Assembly (NCBI GenBank): GCA_048940445.1
Contig: JBHLON010000007.1
Location: 28,663 to 92,662, forward strand
DNA: 64,000 nucleotides
DNA from: Promethearchaeota archaeon
Lineage (GTDB): Archaea; Asgardarchaeota; Lokiarchaeia; Sigyniarchaeales; SOKP01
Direction of reading: 5' to 3'
Within the stretch, counting starts at the first letter, position 1. Each line of letters starts with the position of its first letter. The notes below the pieces were generated by a model. The model ran no database searches. It saw only the letters and a program-made list of their open reading frames with translations, and was not told the origin of the DNA. Shown piece by piece: positions 31,404 through 40,833 of this stretch. A program made the translations under genes and the position numbers.

Positions 31404-31478
31404 TAAAAGTTATTTTTAAAAATTTTTATTTATCTTATTTTTTCTAAAATTTAGTAATTAGGTTTTACTTTTTTTCTA

Positions 31479-31973
31479 CTAATTATTTTCTATAATTTTT
31501 TGAATTAATTTCTCAATGTTGCTATCAATAATCTTTAAAATTTTTAAGTAAGTTTCAGAATTCGTATAGTAGGGATCTAAAATGTCAGGGTTAAATGAGT
31601 CTCCATTAAATTCTTTAAGAGTTAAAATTTTCTTGTCAATATCTTTGATATTGGAGTATGTTCTAATTATTTCAACTGATTGTGCTTTCTCCATAGTTAA
31701 AATTAAGTCTTGTTTTTCCAAAAGTGCCTTATTGATAAGCTGAGGTCGAAAATCTGAATGATCTATACCTTTGGAATTTAAATATTCATGAGACTTTGGT
31801 TGCATATAAGAAAAGACATTTATAAAACCGGCGCTCTTAAAAGAAAGATTAATATTAGATTTTTTCGCATAATAACGTGCTAAATATTCAGCTACGGGAC
31901 TCCTGGCTGTATTTCTGGCTTTCTAATTAATACTTCCAGTACAGACAAAGAGTATAGATTTGATTTTTTTCAT
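31479..31973 (-). CDS. Low-molecular-weight protein tyrosine phosphatase / ArsC family, interrupted by a 21-nt putative intron; join(31934..31973, 31479..31912), 157 aa spliced
   Basis: ATG at 31973 reads MKKIKSILFVCTG-[SIN*KAR]-NTARSPVAEY...FKSAG...DLILTME...DILDPY. Removing 31913-31933 restores CTGNTARS. The ORF track shows only the last 108 aa. Confidence 0.85.
31913..31933 (-). other. Putative bulge-helix-bulge (tRNA-endonuclease-type) intron, GUAUUAAUUAGAAAGCCAGAA
   Basis: Exon helix CUGUA/UACAG, 3-nt bulge AAA, 4-bp helix CUGG/CCAG, then AAG. Cuts after the second nucleotide of each bulge excise exactly this 21-mer. Confidence 0.75.
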
Positions 31974-32045
31974 AATTTTTCTATTATTAGAATGGTATTC
32001 AATTAAAATAAACATTTATGTATTCAATAGAAGAAAAATTTAGAT

Positions 32046-32567
32046 CTACGGTTTATCTTCTTCAAGTTTATTAATTTTTATAATTCTTTCAACTACTTTG
32101 ATTACTCCATTTTCTATCCTTTGTAAAACTTTTTTATACTCATTTTGATCTAAATTAAACGGATCTTTTATATCTAAGTTTTCTGTTTCACCAGCAAACT
32201 CTAATAATAAGAATAATTTATTATCCAGACCTTGTAAGTTCTTATATTTTCTCTTTAATTTATCGATATGTCTTTTTCTTTCAAACCCAATGATAAGATC
32301 TTGTTTTTTTAGTAATTTTTCATCAATTCTTTTAGCTTTAAAATCGGAAATGTCTATATTTTTAGATTTAAGATAATTGACAGTACCTTCCTGAGGGCGG
32401 TCGTAATAATGATAAATTCCTGCTGAATCGAATACAACTTCTTTTAGGTCTTCTTTATACTTATTTTTTTGGAGCCATTTTGAAAAGTATTCTGCAAATG
32501 GACTCCTACATGTGTTTCCTGCACAAAACCACAATACACGATGGATTCTGGTCATTTTATCTATCAA
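32046..32567 (-). CDS. Low-molecular-weight protein tyrosine phosphatase (intact)
   Basis: FCAGNTCRSP P-loop, DSAG, DIKDPF. Confidence 0.9.
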   Translation of the reverse strand: MIDKMTRIHRVLWFCAGNTCRSPFAEYFSKWLQKNKYKEDLKEVVFDSAGIYHYYDRPQEGTVNYLKSKNIDISDFKAKRIDEKLLKKQDLIIGFERKRHIDKLKRKYKNLQGLDNKLFLLLEFAGETENLDIKDPFNLDQNEYKKVLQRIENGVIKVVERIIKINKLEEDKP

Positions 32568-32856
32568 ATAAATCTTTTTGAGAAAAATTACATATAATTA
32601 TTGAACCTTATTCAAAAAAATGCTAAGAATATAAAAAAAATTCCTAAGCAGAAAAAGCTTTATTTCTTTAAATTTCCTTTTAAAGTAATTTAAATTTGAA
32701 TAAAATTAATAAGAATAAAATTGTTGTCTCGGAAATTTTTCTAATTTTTTTAATTTCTAAGAAAAAAATATTAATTTCTGTTAATCTTTTGGATATTAAT
32801 TTAATTATTTGTAATTTTAAAATTCGCGGAAATTAAATCGTGAATGTTGAATTCCC

Positions 32857-34428
32857 TTGAGAATTAAAACTGATATTTTAATAGTAGGAGGAGGAGTCTC
32901 TGGATTAACATTAGCAATTAAATTAGCACAATTAATACCAGATCAGGATATTCTATTAATTACAAAAGAAAGTTGTAAAGAATCAAATACATTTTATGCC
33001 CAAGGTGGTATTGCGTGTGTATGGAATAAAGATGATAGTTTTGAAAAACATATTCAAGACACTCTAATTGCTGGAGATGGTTTATGCGATGAAAATATTG
33101 TCAAGAAAATAATTACTCAAGCGCCAGAAAGAATAAAAGAATTAATCGACTTGGGTGTTGAATTTACTCATAATGATAATGGAGATTATGATCTTGGTAA
33201 GGAAGGAGGCCATTCAGAAAGACGGATACTTCATGTAAATGATTTAACAGGCCAAAATATAGCGTTAAAGCTAATTGAAGAAGCAAAAAAATATGATAAT
33301 ATAGAGATTAAGGAATATTGGGTTGGAATTAACTTATTTTCAAACAACTTCAGATGCGATGGATTATATGTCTTGGATCAGAATAAAGATGATATTCATA
33401 ATATTGCATCCAAAGTAACTATTTTAGCTACTGGTGGAGCTGGTAAAATTTATCTTTATACAACAAACCCAGATGTTGCCTCTGGAGATGGAATTGCTAT
33501 GGCGTATCGAGCGGGAGCTATAATTGCAAATATGGAATTTTATCAATTCCATCCCACATGTTTATATCACCCATTTGCCAAGTCTCTTCTAATTACTGAG
33601 GCGATGCGGGGTGAGGGAGCCGTTCTTAAGGATTTGAAAGGAAATGCATTTATGCAGAAGTATCATCCTTTAAAGGAATTAGCTCCCCGTGACATTGTGT
33701 CTAGGGCCATAGATTCTGAGCTTAAAAAATCTGGAGATGATCATGTTTACTTGGATATTGCATCATATAAGAATACCGATTTTATTAAGAACCATTTCCC
33801 CGGAGTTTATGAGGCTTGTAAGAATTTCAATATAGATATTACTAAAGAACCAATTCCTGTGGTTCCAGCAGCACATTATTGTTGTGGAGGTGTATTAACT
33901 AAACTTGATGGATCTACAAAAGTTAAAAATTTATATGTTATTGGAGAATCTGCATGTACGGGGTTACATGGAGCAAATCGATTAGCTAGTAATTCTTTAT
34001 TAGAAGGACTTGTATGTGCCCATGAATGTGCAAATACTCTCGCAAAAAAGATAAGAGATTTAAAAGTTAACGAATTTAAGGAATGGGAACATGGACATGC
34101 TGTACCCTCGACAGAAGCGGTTGTTATTACCCAGAATTGGGATGAAATACGCAGATTCTGTTGGAACTACGTTGGAATTGTTCGAACTGATTTACGACTA
34201 CAAAGAGCCAAAAAGAGAATAAATTTGCTTCTTGATGAGATTAATCAATATTATTGGGATTTTAAAATCGAAAGGGATCTGCTTGAATTAAGAAATTTAG
34301 CAACCGTGGCAAAAATAATAATAGTGAGTGCAATCTCCAGAAAAGAAAGTCGTGGGATACATTATAATCTTGATTATCCGAATAAATCAGCAATGAGTAG
34401 AATGACTACTCTCAGAAGACCTTGGTAA
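32857..34428 (+). CDS. nadB: L-aspartate oxidase
   Basis: SNTFYAQGGIA, EGGHSERRILH, QFHPT, ELAPRDIVSRAI, GLHGANRLASNSLLE, ESRGIHY. Confidence 0.93.
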   Translation: MRIKTDILIVGGGVSGLTLAIKLAQLIPDQDILLITKESCKESNTFYAQGGIACVWNKDDSFEKHIQDTLIAGDGLCDENIVKKIITQAPERIKELIDLGVEFTHNDNGDYDLGKEGGHSERRILHVNDLTGQNIALKLIEEAKKYDNIEIKEYWVGINLFSNNFRCDGLYVLDQNKDDIHNIASKVTILATGGAGKIYLYTTNPDVASGDGIAMAYRAGAIIANMEFYQFHPTCLYHPFAKSLLITEAMRGEGAVLKDLKGNAFMQKYHPLKELAPRDIVSRAIDSELKKSGDDHVYLDIASYKNTDFIKNHFPGVYEACKNFNIDITKEPIPVVPAAHYCCGGVLTKLDGSTKVKNLYVIGESACTGLHGANRLASNSLLEGLVCAHECANTLAKKIRDLKVNEFKEWEHGHAVPSTEAVVITQNWDEIRRFCWNYVGIVRTDLRLQRAKKRINLLLDEINQYYWDFKIERDLLELRNLATVAKIIIVSAISRKESRGIHYNLDYPNKSAMSRMTTLRRPW

Positions 34429-34516
34429 TTCTCATATTTTTAGATTTGTATAATTTTAAATGTTTATTCTCATTACATAAGCATAATTTGATATTCTTAA
34501 GAAAAGTGCCTTATAT

Positions 34517-35314
34517 TTGAATGTAGGAAAACGTATCAGAATTGAGCGAATAATTGATAGAAAGACTAAACGAACTATCATAATTCCCTTGGATCATGGA
34601 CTTACTTTAGGTTCTATAAAAGGGTTGGAAGATTTGGCTAGTATGGTAGAAAAAGTCGCTTTAGGAGGAGCTAATGCTGTTTTGATGCATTCGGGCATGG
34701 TAGAAGCGGGACATAGAAGGTATGGGAAAGACATAGGACTTATTATTCATCTATCAGGAGCCACAAATTTAGCGCCAGATCCGGATCGGAAAGTATTAGT
34801 CTGTTCTGTTGAAACAGCAGTAAAGATGGGTGCTGATGCTGTTTCAATCCATATAAACATTGGAGCAGATGAAGAACCACTTATGTTGCAAGATGCTCAG
34901 AAAGTAGTTCAAGCTGCAAGGAAATGGGGTATGCCTCTACTAGCGATGATGTATCCTAGAGGCCAAAAAATCACGAATGAAAATGATCCTGAAGTAGTAA
35001 ATATTGCCGTTAGGGTAGGAGCAGAATTAGGAGCGGATATTGTTAAAACTAATTATACAGGAGATATTGACTCATTCAAGTATATTGTAAAAAGTGTACC
35101 AATTCCAGTATTAATTGCTGGAGGACCAAAAATGGATACGAGTGTTGATCTTCTTCAAGTTGCTTATGAATCTGTTCAAGCAGGCGGTATAGGAGTAGCA
35201 TTTGGTAGAAATGTGTTTCAATCAGAAGATCCTACAAAGTTAGTCAGTGCATTAACAAAAATTATCCATCAAAATTATACTGTAGAAGAAGTACTTAAGG
35301 AATATGAATTCTAA
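34517..35314 (+). CDS. 2-amino-3,7-dideoxy-D-threo-hept-6-ulosonate synthase / archaeal class I aldolase (DhnA family)
   Basis: PLDHG, AMMYPRG, ELGADIVKTNY, AGGPK, GRNVFQ. Confidence 0.85.
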   Translation: MNVGKRIRIERIIDRKTKRTIIIPLDHGLTLGSIKGLEDLASMVEKVALGGANAVLMHSGMVEAGHRRYGKDIGLIIHLSGATNLAPDPDRKVLVCSVETAVKMGADAVSIHINIGADEEPLMLQDAQKVVQAARKWGMPLLAMMYPRGQKITNENDPEVVNIAVRVGAELGADIVKTNYTGDIDSFKYIVKSVPIPVLIAGGPKMDTSVDLLQVAYESVQAGGIGVAFGRNVFQSEDPTKLVSALTKIIHQNYTVEEVLKEYEF

Positions 35315-35486
35315 TAAAAGTAATAAAAATAAAAACATGTCCGAACCTAAGCAGCAGAAAATTGTTTCATATACTCATTTAATAAGAAGAGCTTTAACAA
35401 TCTCTATTGAGTTCATCATTATTTCAATTCTCATATTTTACCTCCCAGAAATAATTATGTTTTTTAGATTTATATACGGGTTTTGA
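35304..35486 (+). CDS. Small hypothetical single-TM protein
   Basis: 60-aa ORF (alternative start 35337) with one hydrophobic helix, in operon context. Confidence 0.4.
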   Translation: MNSNKSNKNKNMSEPKQQKIVSYTHLIRRALTISIEFIIISILIFYLPEIIMFFRFIYGF

Positions 35487-35502
35487 TACTGGAGGGTTTA
35501 AT

Positions 35503-36057
35503 ATTTATCCACTTTTTCATCTAGCGATTCCATTACTTATTTTTGAATTTCCTCAAATTAGGAAAAGATTTTCTGTTAATCGCTTCGCTTTAATAGTTGG
35601 ATCAATAATTCCTGATGTAATTGATAAGTCTCTTATGTTTTTAGGAATAAGTTCGGGACGAGGCTATTTCCACACAATTGTTTTTGTTTTAATTAGTTCT
35701 CTGTTGGTCTACATTACAACAAGGAGAAATAAAGTAATTGCTTTCTCCTATTTCGCGGGAAGCTTTATCCATTTATTATTAGATTTACCAGATATACCTA
35801 TATTCTTTCCATTCATATCTTATCAATTCTATTATCTTGATGATCCTTTGAGGTCTTGGCTAACTGAATTGTTAAATCAGCCTATTATTTATATTACTGA
35901 ACTTATTGGCTTAGTAATTTTAAGCTTTATAGTTATAAATAATAAATTGTATACGATTAGCCAATTCAAAGCTTTTTTATTTAAAAATTCTCAAATAGAA
36001 TTACAAAGAAAGTTTGATATTAAAGAAAGGAATGTAAAAAATTATGGTTCAGAATAA
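35503..36057 (+). CDS. Membrane metal-dependent hydrolase (YdjM/DUF457-like), probable non-canonical ATT start
   Basis: The frame extends upstream of the ORF-track ATG (35635) through IYPLFH...GSIIPDVIDK; RGYFHT and HLLLD follow; GGAGGG SD precedes ATT at 35503. Confidence 0.7.
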   Translation: MYPLFHLAIPLLIFEFPQIRKRFSVNRFALIVGSIIPDVIDKSLMFLGISSGRGYFHTIVFVLISSLLVYITTRRNKVIAFSYFAGSFIHLLLDLPDIPIFFPFISYQFYYLDDPLRSWLTELLNQPIIYITELIGLVILSFIVINNKLYTISQFKAFLFKNSQIELQRKFDIKERNVKNYGSE

Positions 36058-36781
36058 AATACCTCATATAATTCTCGATAATAGGGAACAAAAATTAGCA
36101 AGTGCATTGGAAAATAGAAAGGATCGAATTACTTATGAGACTGAACAATTGGACATAGCTGATATTGTAGTTTCCAACGAATTAGCAATAGAAAGAAAAG
36201 AAGGTTTTGATTTTGTATCTTCCATAATAGACAATCGCTTATTTGAACAGATGATGAGACTAAAAGAAACGTATAGTACTCCCATTTTAATAATTGAAGG
36301 CTTAAATGATGATGTTTTCGATAATGTTGGAATGAATATTTCGTCTATATATGGAGCACTCGCTTTTGTATCTTATAAATTAGGAATCTCAGTAATTCCT
36401 ACAAGAAATATAGAAGACACGGCAATAGTCATTGAACGAATAGCATATCGAGAGCAAATAAAGGATGGTGTTCTCTTATTATCTCGAAAAGCACCAAAAG
36501 GTATGTCAATAGAAGAAAGAAGGACCTTCGTTGTGGAGGGCCTTATTGATATTGGTCCAAAAAAAGCAAAAACTTTGATTGAAAAATTTAAAACCCCACA
36601 TCAAGTTATTAAAGCCATTAAACATACTGAAGTTACTTTCACTAGAACAGGAAACCCTAAAGGAATTGAAGGGCCCTTAAGCATGCTCAAAGGATTTAGT
36701 TGGAAATTTATTGAAAAAAACAAAAAACTATTATTTGGCAAAACAAACCGCTCAATTCAAAAAAGATTAGATGACTTGTAA
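36044..36781 (+). CDS. xpf: Short XPF/ERCC4 structure-specific nuclease
   Basis: LDNRE, IADIVV, IERKEGFDFVSSIIDNRLFEQ, HhH GPKKA, C-terminal QKRLDDL. Confidence 0.85.
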   Translation: MVQNKIPHIILDNREQKLASALENRKDRITYETEQLDIADIVVSNELAIERKEGFDFVSSIIDNRLFEQMMRLKETYSTPILIIEGLNDDVFDNVGMNISSIYGALAFVSYKLGISVIPTRNIEDTAIVIERIAYREQIKDGVLLLSRKAPKGMSIEERRTFVVEGLIDIGPKKAKTLIEKFKTPHQVIKAIKHTEVTFTRTGNPKGIEGPLSMLKGFSWKFIEKNKKLLFGKTNRSIQKRLDDL

Positions 36782-36895
36782 AGATCTTATTTATTTACTA
36801 ACTTTTAACTTGAAATAATAAAAACTTAAATTAGTGATTAAATTTTAAAACTCAATTTAGGGGAATAGAGAGATCTTAAATTATTTTGTTTTAAG

Positions 36896-37660
36896 ATGTT
36901 AGAATACTTACTTTTAATACCAATTTTTTTTTCAAGTCTGGTCTATGGAATTATTGGATTTGGAGATGCTTTGATCTTAATTCCGATTATAAGTCCAATA
37001 ATAGGAATTAAAACGTCGGTAATTTTAGTAAATATTTGGGGATTATTTCCGGCTTTACTCAATTTTATCAAATATCGAATGTATTTAGATAAAAAGTACT
37101 TTTTCCGTTTTCTCTCCTTAGGAGTGCCAGCTACAATTTTAGGAACTTATTTGATAATTAATATTCGAACGGAATGGATTGAATTAGTCTTCGGAGTTTT
37201 TGTGTTGATTTATTCATCTTATAAGATAGCTCTTTATCTTAAAAATCCAACATCTCTAGAAGTTAACGGAAGTCTAAAGGTCAACTCTCTAGTTATTATA
37301 TTAGGGGGATTTACGTATGGTCTACTTGCGGGATTGATTAGCGCTGCGGGACCTCTTAATGTAGTCTTATTAGAAAAATCAGAACATTATAAAGAAAATT
37401 TTATTGGAAATTTTGCTGCAATAGGAACTGTACTCTCTATTTCAAGAGTTCCATATTATGTTTTTGGAGGGTTATTTCCAATAGAATTAATTTTTGTATT
37501 TTTATTAGCTTTCCCTATAATTTTTATTGGAACAAAAGTAGGGCATAAAATAACACCCAAAATTTCCCTTAGATTGTTTCAATTAGCGATTTTTTGGTTC
37601 CTTTTTATAATAAGTGTGAGATCAATTATCCTAGCTTTAATAGGATTAATTATTTTTTAA
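36896..37660 (+). CDS. TauE/SafE sulfite exporter family membrane protein
   Basis: GIIGFGDALILIP, GLLAGL...GP two-repeat TM pattern. Confidence 0.8.
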   Translation: MLEYLLLIPIFFSSLVYGIIGFGDALILIPIISPIIGIKTSVILVNIWGLFPALLNFIKYRMYLDKKYFFRFLSLGVPATILGTYLIINIRTEWIELVFGVFVLIYSSYKIALYLKNPTSLEVNGSLKVNSLVIILGGFTYGLLAGLISAAGPLNVVLLEKSEHYKENFIGNFAAIGTVLSISRVPYYVFGGLFPIELIFVFLLAFPIIFIGTKVGHKITPKISLRLFQLAIFWFLFIISVRSIILALIGLIIF

Positions 37661-37801
37661 ATGTGAATAAATATGAAGAAAATTTCATCTTATGTTACAA
37701 AAGTGTTAAATATTATTTTATAACATAATAATATATCTATCATTTTATAGAAATTCCAATCTCTTTAATAAAAATATTATAAATGTAAAAAAGTGTAAAA
37801 A

Positions 37802-38299
37802 TTGAAAAAGAAAGTAAAAATCGAATTAATATTATTAATATTCACGGCTATTTTCTTATACACTTCTTCAATTACACCTCAAGCTGTGGCACAAGAAAGC
37901 ATAACAATTACAGCACGCGGGTGTTCTGTTTGTAATCAAGAAAATAATTATTTTTGGGTAAATTGGTCTTCTACCGGTACAATTCCCCAAGTATCGATCT
38001 TTATTTACAATTTAACAATGACAACTTTGGAATACACGGTCGTTGATGGGACGACAAATGATGGTAGCTTTGGCTGGAATTTTCCTGCTTCTCATACACT
38101 TGATGGGGAATATTATTTATTAGTTTGTGATACCAGTAATCATAATGTAAATGATAGTCGTATAATAGATGTATATCCAATACAGACAATTCCTCCCATA
38201 CTAATACCTGGATATTCGATATTAACGATAGGATTGATAATTGGAATAACAAGTGTAATTATAATAATTTCTGTAATTAAAAAGCTAAGAAAGAGATAA
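37802..38299 (+). CDS. Secreted Ig-like protein with Loki-CTERM/PGF-CTERM-like sorting signal
   Basis: Signal peptide; NDGSFGW...GEYY; C-terminal IPGY + TM + KKLRKR. Confidence 0.7.
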   Translation: MKKKVKIELILLIFTAIFLYTSSITPQAVAQESITITARGCSVCNQENNYFWVNWSSTGTIPQVSIFIYNLTMTTLEYTVVDGTTNDGSFGWNFPASHTLDGEYYLLVCDTSNHNVNDSRIIDVYPIQTIPPILIPGYSILTIGLIIGITSVIIIISVIKKLRKR

Positions 38300-38383
38300 T
38301 TACTTTTGTCTCATTTTTTTTTTGAATGCACTGTTTTAAAAACGAGAATGTTTTAATCATCCATATCTAAATCAAAAATTTGT

Positions 38384-38845
38384 ATGAAAAAGATGCAAAC
38401 ATCAAAATTAAAAATTGGATCGTTTTTTGTCTCAGCTATGGGCGTTTATATAGTAGTAATGTCAATATTATGGATATTTGCAACTGAAATAATGTTTGTA
38501 AGTGATTTCCAAGTTTTTACAGGTGAAACATACGCGCAGTATTTAATTTCTGATCCTATTTTTGCTCAAATGTATATTATAACAAAAAAACTAATTGGGA
38601 TCATTTTTTTAGCGTGTGGTATATTTGTTCTTTTCATCAATCATATGAGTTATCGTAAAGGGGAAAAATGGTCTTGGTATGCTCTTCTATTAGGGGGTAG
38701 TATCCCATGGGCTACCTTTATACTATATAAGATATTTATTGGGTATTACGGAGGGAGCATGTTTATATTTGTTATCGGGGCTATACTTCTTGTGTTAGGG
38801 TTAGTTTTTCCCGCAAAAGAAATCTTATCTAAAAAATCAAATTAA
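38384..38845 (+). CDS. Hypothetical membrane protein (4 TM)
   Basis: Hydrophobic helices; YRKGEKWSWY motif. Confidence 0.6.
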   Translation: MKKMQTSKLKIGSFFVSAMGVYIVVMSILWIFATEIMFVSDFQVFTGETYAQYLISDPIFAQMYIITKKLIGIIFLACGIFVLFINHMSYRKGEKWSWYALLLGGSIPWATFILYKIFIGYYGGSMFIFVIGAILLVLGLVFPAKEILSKKSN

Positions 38846-38915
38846 TCTTTTTTTTCTAAATATTTCAGCTTAAAGTACCAAAATCTTTTAAATTTACTTT
38901 GCTTAGAAATTCAAT

Positions 38916-39431
38916 GTGAGATATAAAAAGTATGTTTTTTTCATTATTATCTATTTTATATTAATCTTCACTTTTATTCCAAAAGTATATTCTTTACAAG
39001 TGCCATTATCTCCCCTCGAACAACCTATCTTCATAACTTTGACTGTTGTAGTCACAAGTATTTTTAATATACTCATTGAATATGGGGTTGTTTATGGTTT
39101 CCTTAAGTCTAGTATTTTAGTTAAACATAAATTATTTTCTTCAGTAACCTTAGTTAATCTAACTACATTTCCTCCCACTAATACAATTGCTTATCTGTTT
39201 GTAGCATTCTATCTTGGATTTTATGCGGTCTATGTAATTATTATTAGTATAGTTGTAACATTAATTGATTGTGTATTGTATTATCTAGAATTTCAAAAAC
39301 TTTTTTATAGAAATTCAATAAAGAATCAGCCTTCTATAAAACGAACAATTTTAATATCATCCCTAGCAAATTCTGCTTCTTTTAGTGTAATCTATTTATG
39401 GCCGATTATAGCTAGCATTTTATTTACTTAA
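38916..39431 (+). CDS. Hypothetical membrane protein
   Basis: Several TMs; repeated LVNLTT / LANSASF. Confidence 0.55.
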   Translation: MRYKKYVFFIIIYFILIFTFIPKVYSLQVPLSPLEQPIFITLTVVVTSIFNILIEYGVVYGFLKSSILVKHKLFSSVTLVNLTTFPPTNTIAYLFVAFYLGFYAVYVIIISIVVTLIDCVLYYLEFQKLFYRNSIKNQPSIKRTILISSLANSASFSVIYLWPIIASILFT

Positions 39432-39470
39432 ATCTATAAATCGTATAGCACAATTCTCACTAAAATAATA

Positions 39471-40721
39471 CTATTTAATTGGGCGACTTCTAATTTTAGA
39501 TCTTATGATAAAATACAAAGAGATCAGAGAAACACCACAAAAAATTCCAAAAAGAATGAAATAGAAGTCCCAAAGGTTTGTTCGAAAAAGAGTTTTACCA
39601 TTACTTACAGGATTTTTTACCAGCATATTTCCAGCTAATAGATAGATATTATTATCAGAATCAGTGCGAATTTTAGAGATATAATCATTATCAGGACCAC
39701 CCCATGTTAAAAACCATTCAAAAGTTCCAGAACTATTGACTTTAATCATTAATATATCTGTGTTATACATCTCATTTGGTATTTCGATCTCCCAACCTAA
39801 GTATATGCTATCGCTTAAATCCAAGGATAAATCATAGCGATATTTCATTGGGATTGGGGGCCCAATACCTTCTGACAAATAAAAAGATGCCGTCTCTAAC
39901 TTATAATTCCAGATAGAATTACCAAAATTATCATACTTAACTAAATCCAATTGACTGCAATTTGACGCAATTGAAATTATGCCGTTTAGGGAATCTAATC
40001 CTAATAAGGGAAAAGATTCACATTCATAACTAATAGACCACTGTAATTCTCTTGATGCATTATAAGATTTTAACCAATAGGTTGAAGTAGAAATCCCTGA
40101 GATAATAATATTAAAATTAGAGTCAATTAAAATATCTAATCCATAACCCATGTCTTGAAATTCGAGTGACCATATTTGAGCACCAGTTTCGTTATATTTA
40201 GTTAGCATAAGTTTCTCTTCTAAAGATCCATAAATATATATATTATTATCTGAATCTACAGCGATATCAGCTATGTGATCATATTCACATGTAGTTTGCC
40301 ATTGAAGATCTCCTAGAGGATTAAATTTGAAAAGGGTCGCATTCCAAGAAAGGGTTTGGTTAGTTTCTTTTATATAAACATTTGCTAAATACAGATTATT
40401 ATTAAAATCAGTTTTAATAAATGGCTCATAAACGATTCCCTCTAATTCCTTATTCCATAGTTGGATTCCAGAGGTATTATACTTCGCTAAATTTACACGG
40501 CTAGCGATATAAATACAATTATTTGAATCAATTGCCATATCTATTCCATAACTATCTAAGGTGATACTCCATTCTTGATCATTCGCATTTGATTTCACAC
40601 TAACATTCACATTATTCCTATTAATTTGAAAACCAACTGATGCAACTGATATGATTGGAGTTAAGGAACAAAAAATTAAAATTATTATCAAACAATATAA
40701 GAAAAAATTCTTAGATTTCAA
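39471..40721 (-). CDS. Secreted beta-propeller (SBBP-like repeats) with C-terminal TM
   Basis: Repeats of (I/V)DSxNNIY...KYxxxG..xW; TWGG; signal peptide and C-terminal anchor. Confidence 0.75.
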   Translation of the reverse strand: MKSKNFFLYCLIIILIFCSLTPIISVASVGFQINRNNVNVSVKSNANDQEWSITLDSYGIDMAIDSNNCIYIASRVNLAKYNTSGIQLWNKELEGIVYEPFIKTDFNNNLYLANVYIKETNQTLSWNATLFKFNPLGDLQWQTTCEYDHIADIAVDSDNNIYIYGSLEEKLMLTKYNETGAQIWSLEFQDMGYGLDILIDSNFNIIISGISTSTYWLKSYNASRELQWSISYECESFPLLGLDSLNGIISIASNCSQLDLVKYDNFGNSIWNYKLETASFYLSEGIGPPIPMKYRYDLSLDLSDSIYLGWEIEIPNEMYNTDILMIKVNSSGTFEWFLTWGGPDNDYISKIRTDSDNNIYLLAGNMLVKNPVSNGKTLFRTNLWDFYFILFGIFCGVSLISLYFIIRSKIRSRPIK

Positions 40722-40833
40722 TATTTAACTTTAAGTAAAATTGTCTCTCTTAAGATGCAATATATCAAGTAAACTTTTAATAATTAGCTTTGAAAATTTC
40801 TTCATATTTTTTTTCTGATATTAAGGAATTATT

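Noticed and set aside
31923-31925. In-frame UAG read as pyrrolysine or by readthrough in the LMW-PTP
   Set aside because: Readthrough would leave 7 extra residues inside the CX5R loop and destroy catalytic spacing. Excision at BHB positions explains the sequence exactly.
31915-31933. Spliceosomal-like GT...AG boundaries within the insert
   Set aside because: GT...AG spans 19 nt and its removal shifts the frame. Only a 21-nt removal restores the protein.
31913-31936. Insert as a transposon footprint with a GAA target-site duplication
   Set aside because: GAA is repeated at both ends, but this follows from the BHB geometry, and there are no terminal inverted repeats or transposase nearby. Less parsimonious, though not fully excluded.
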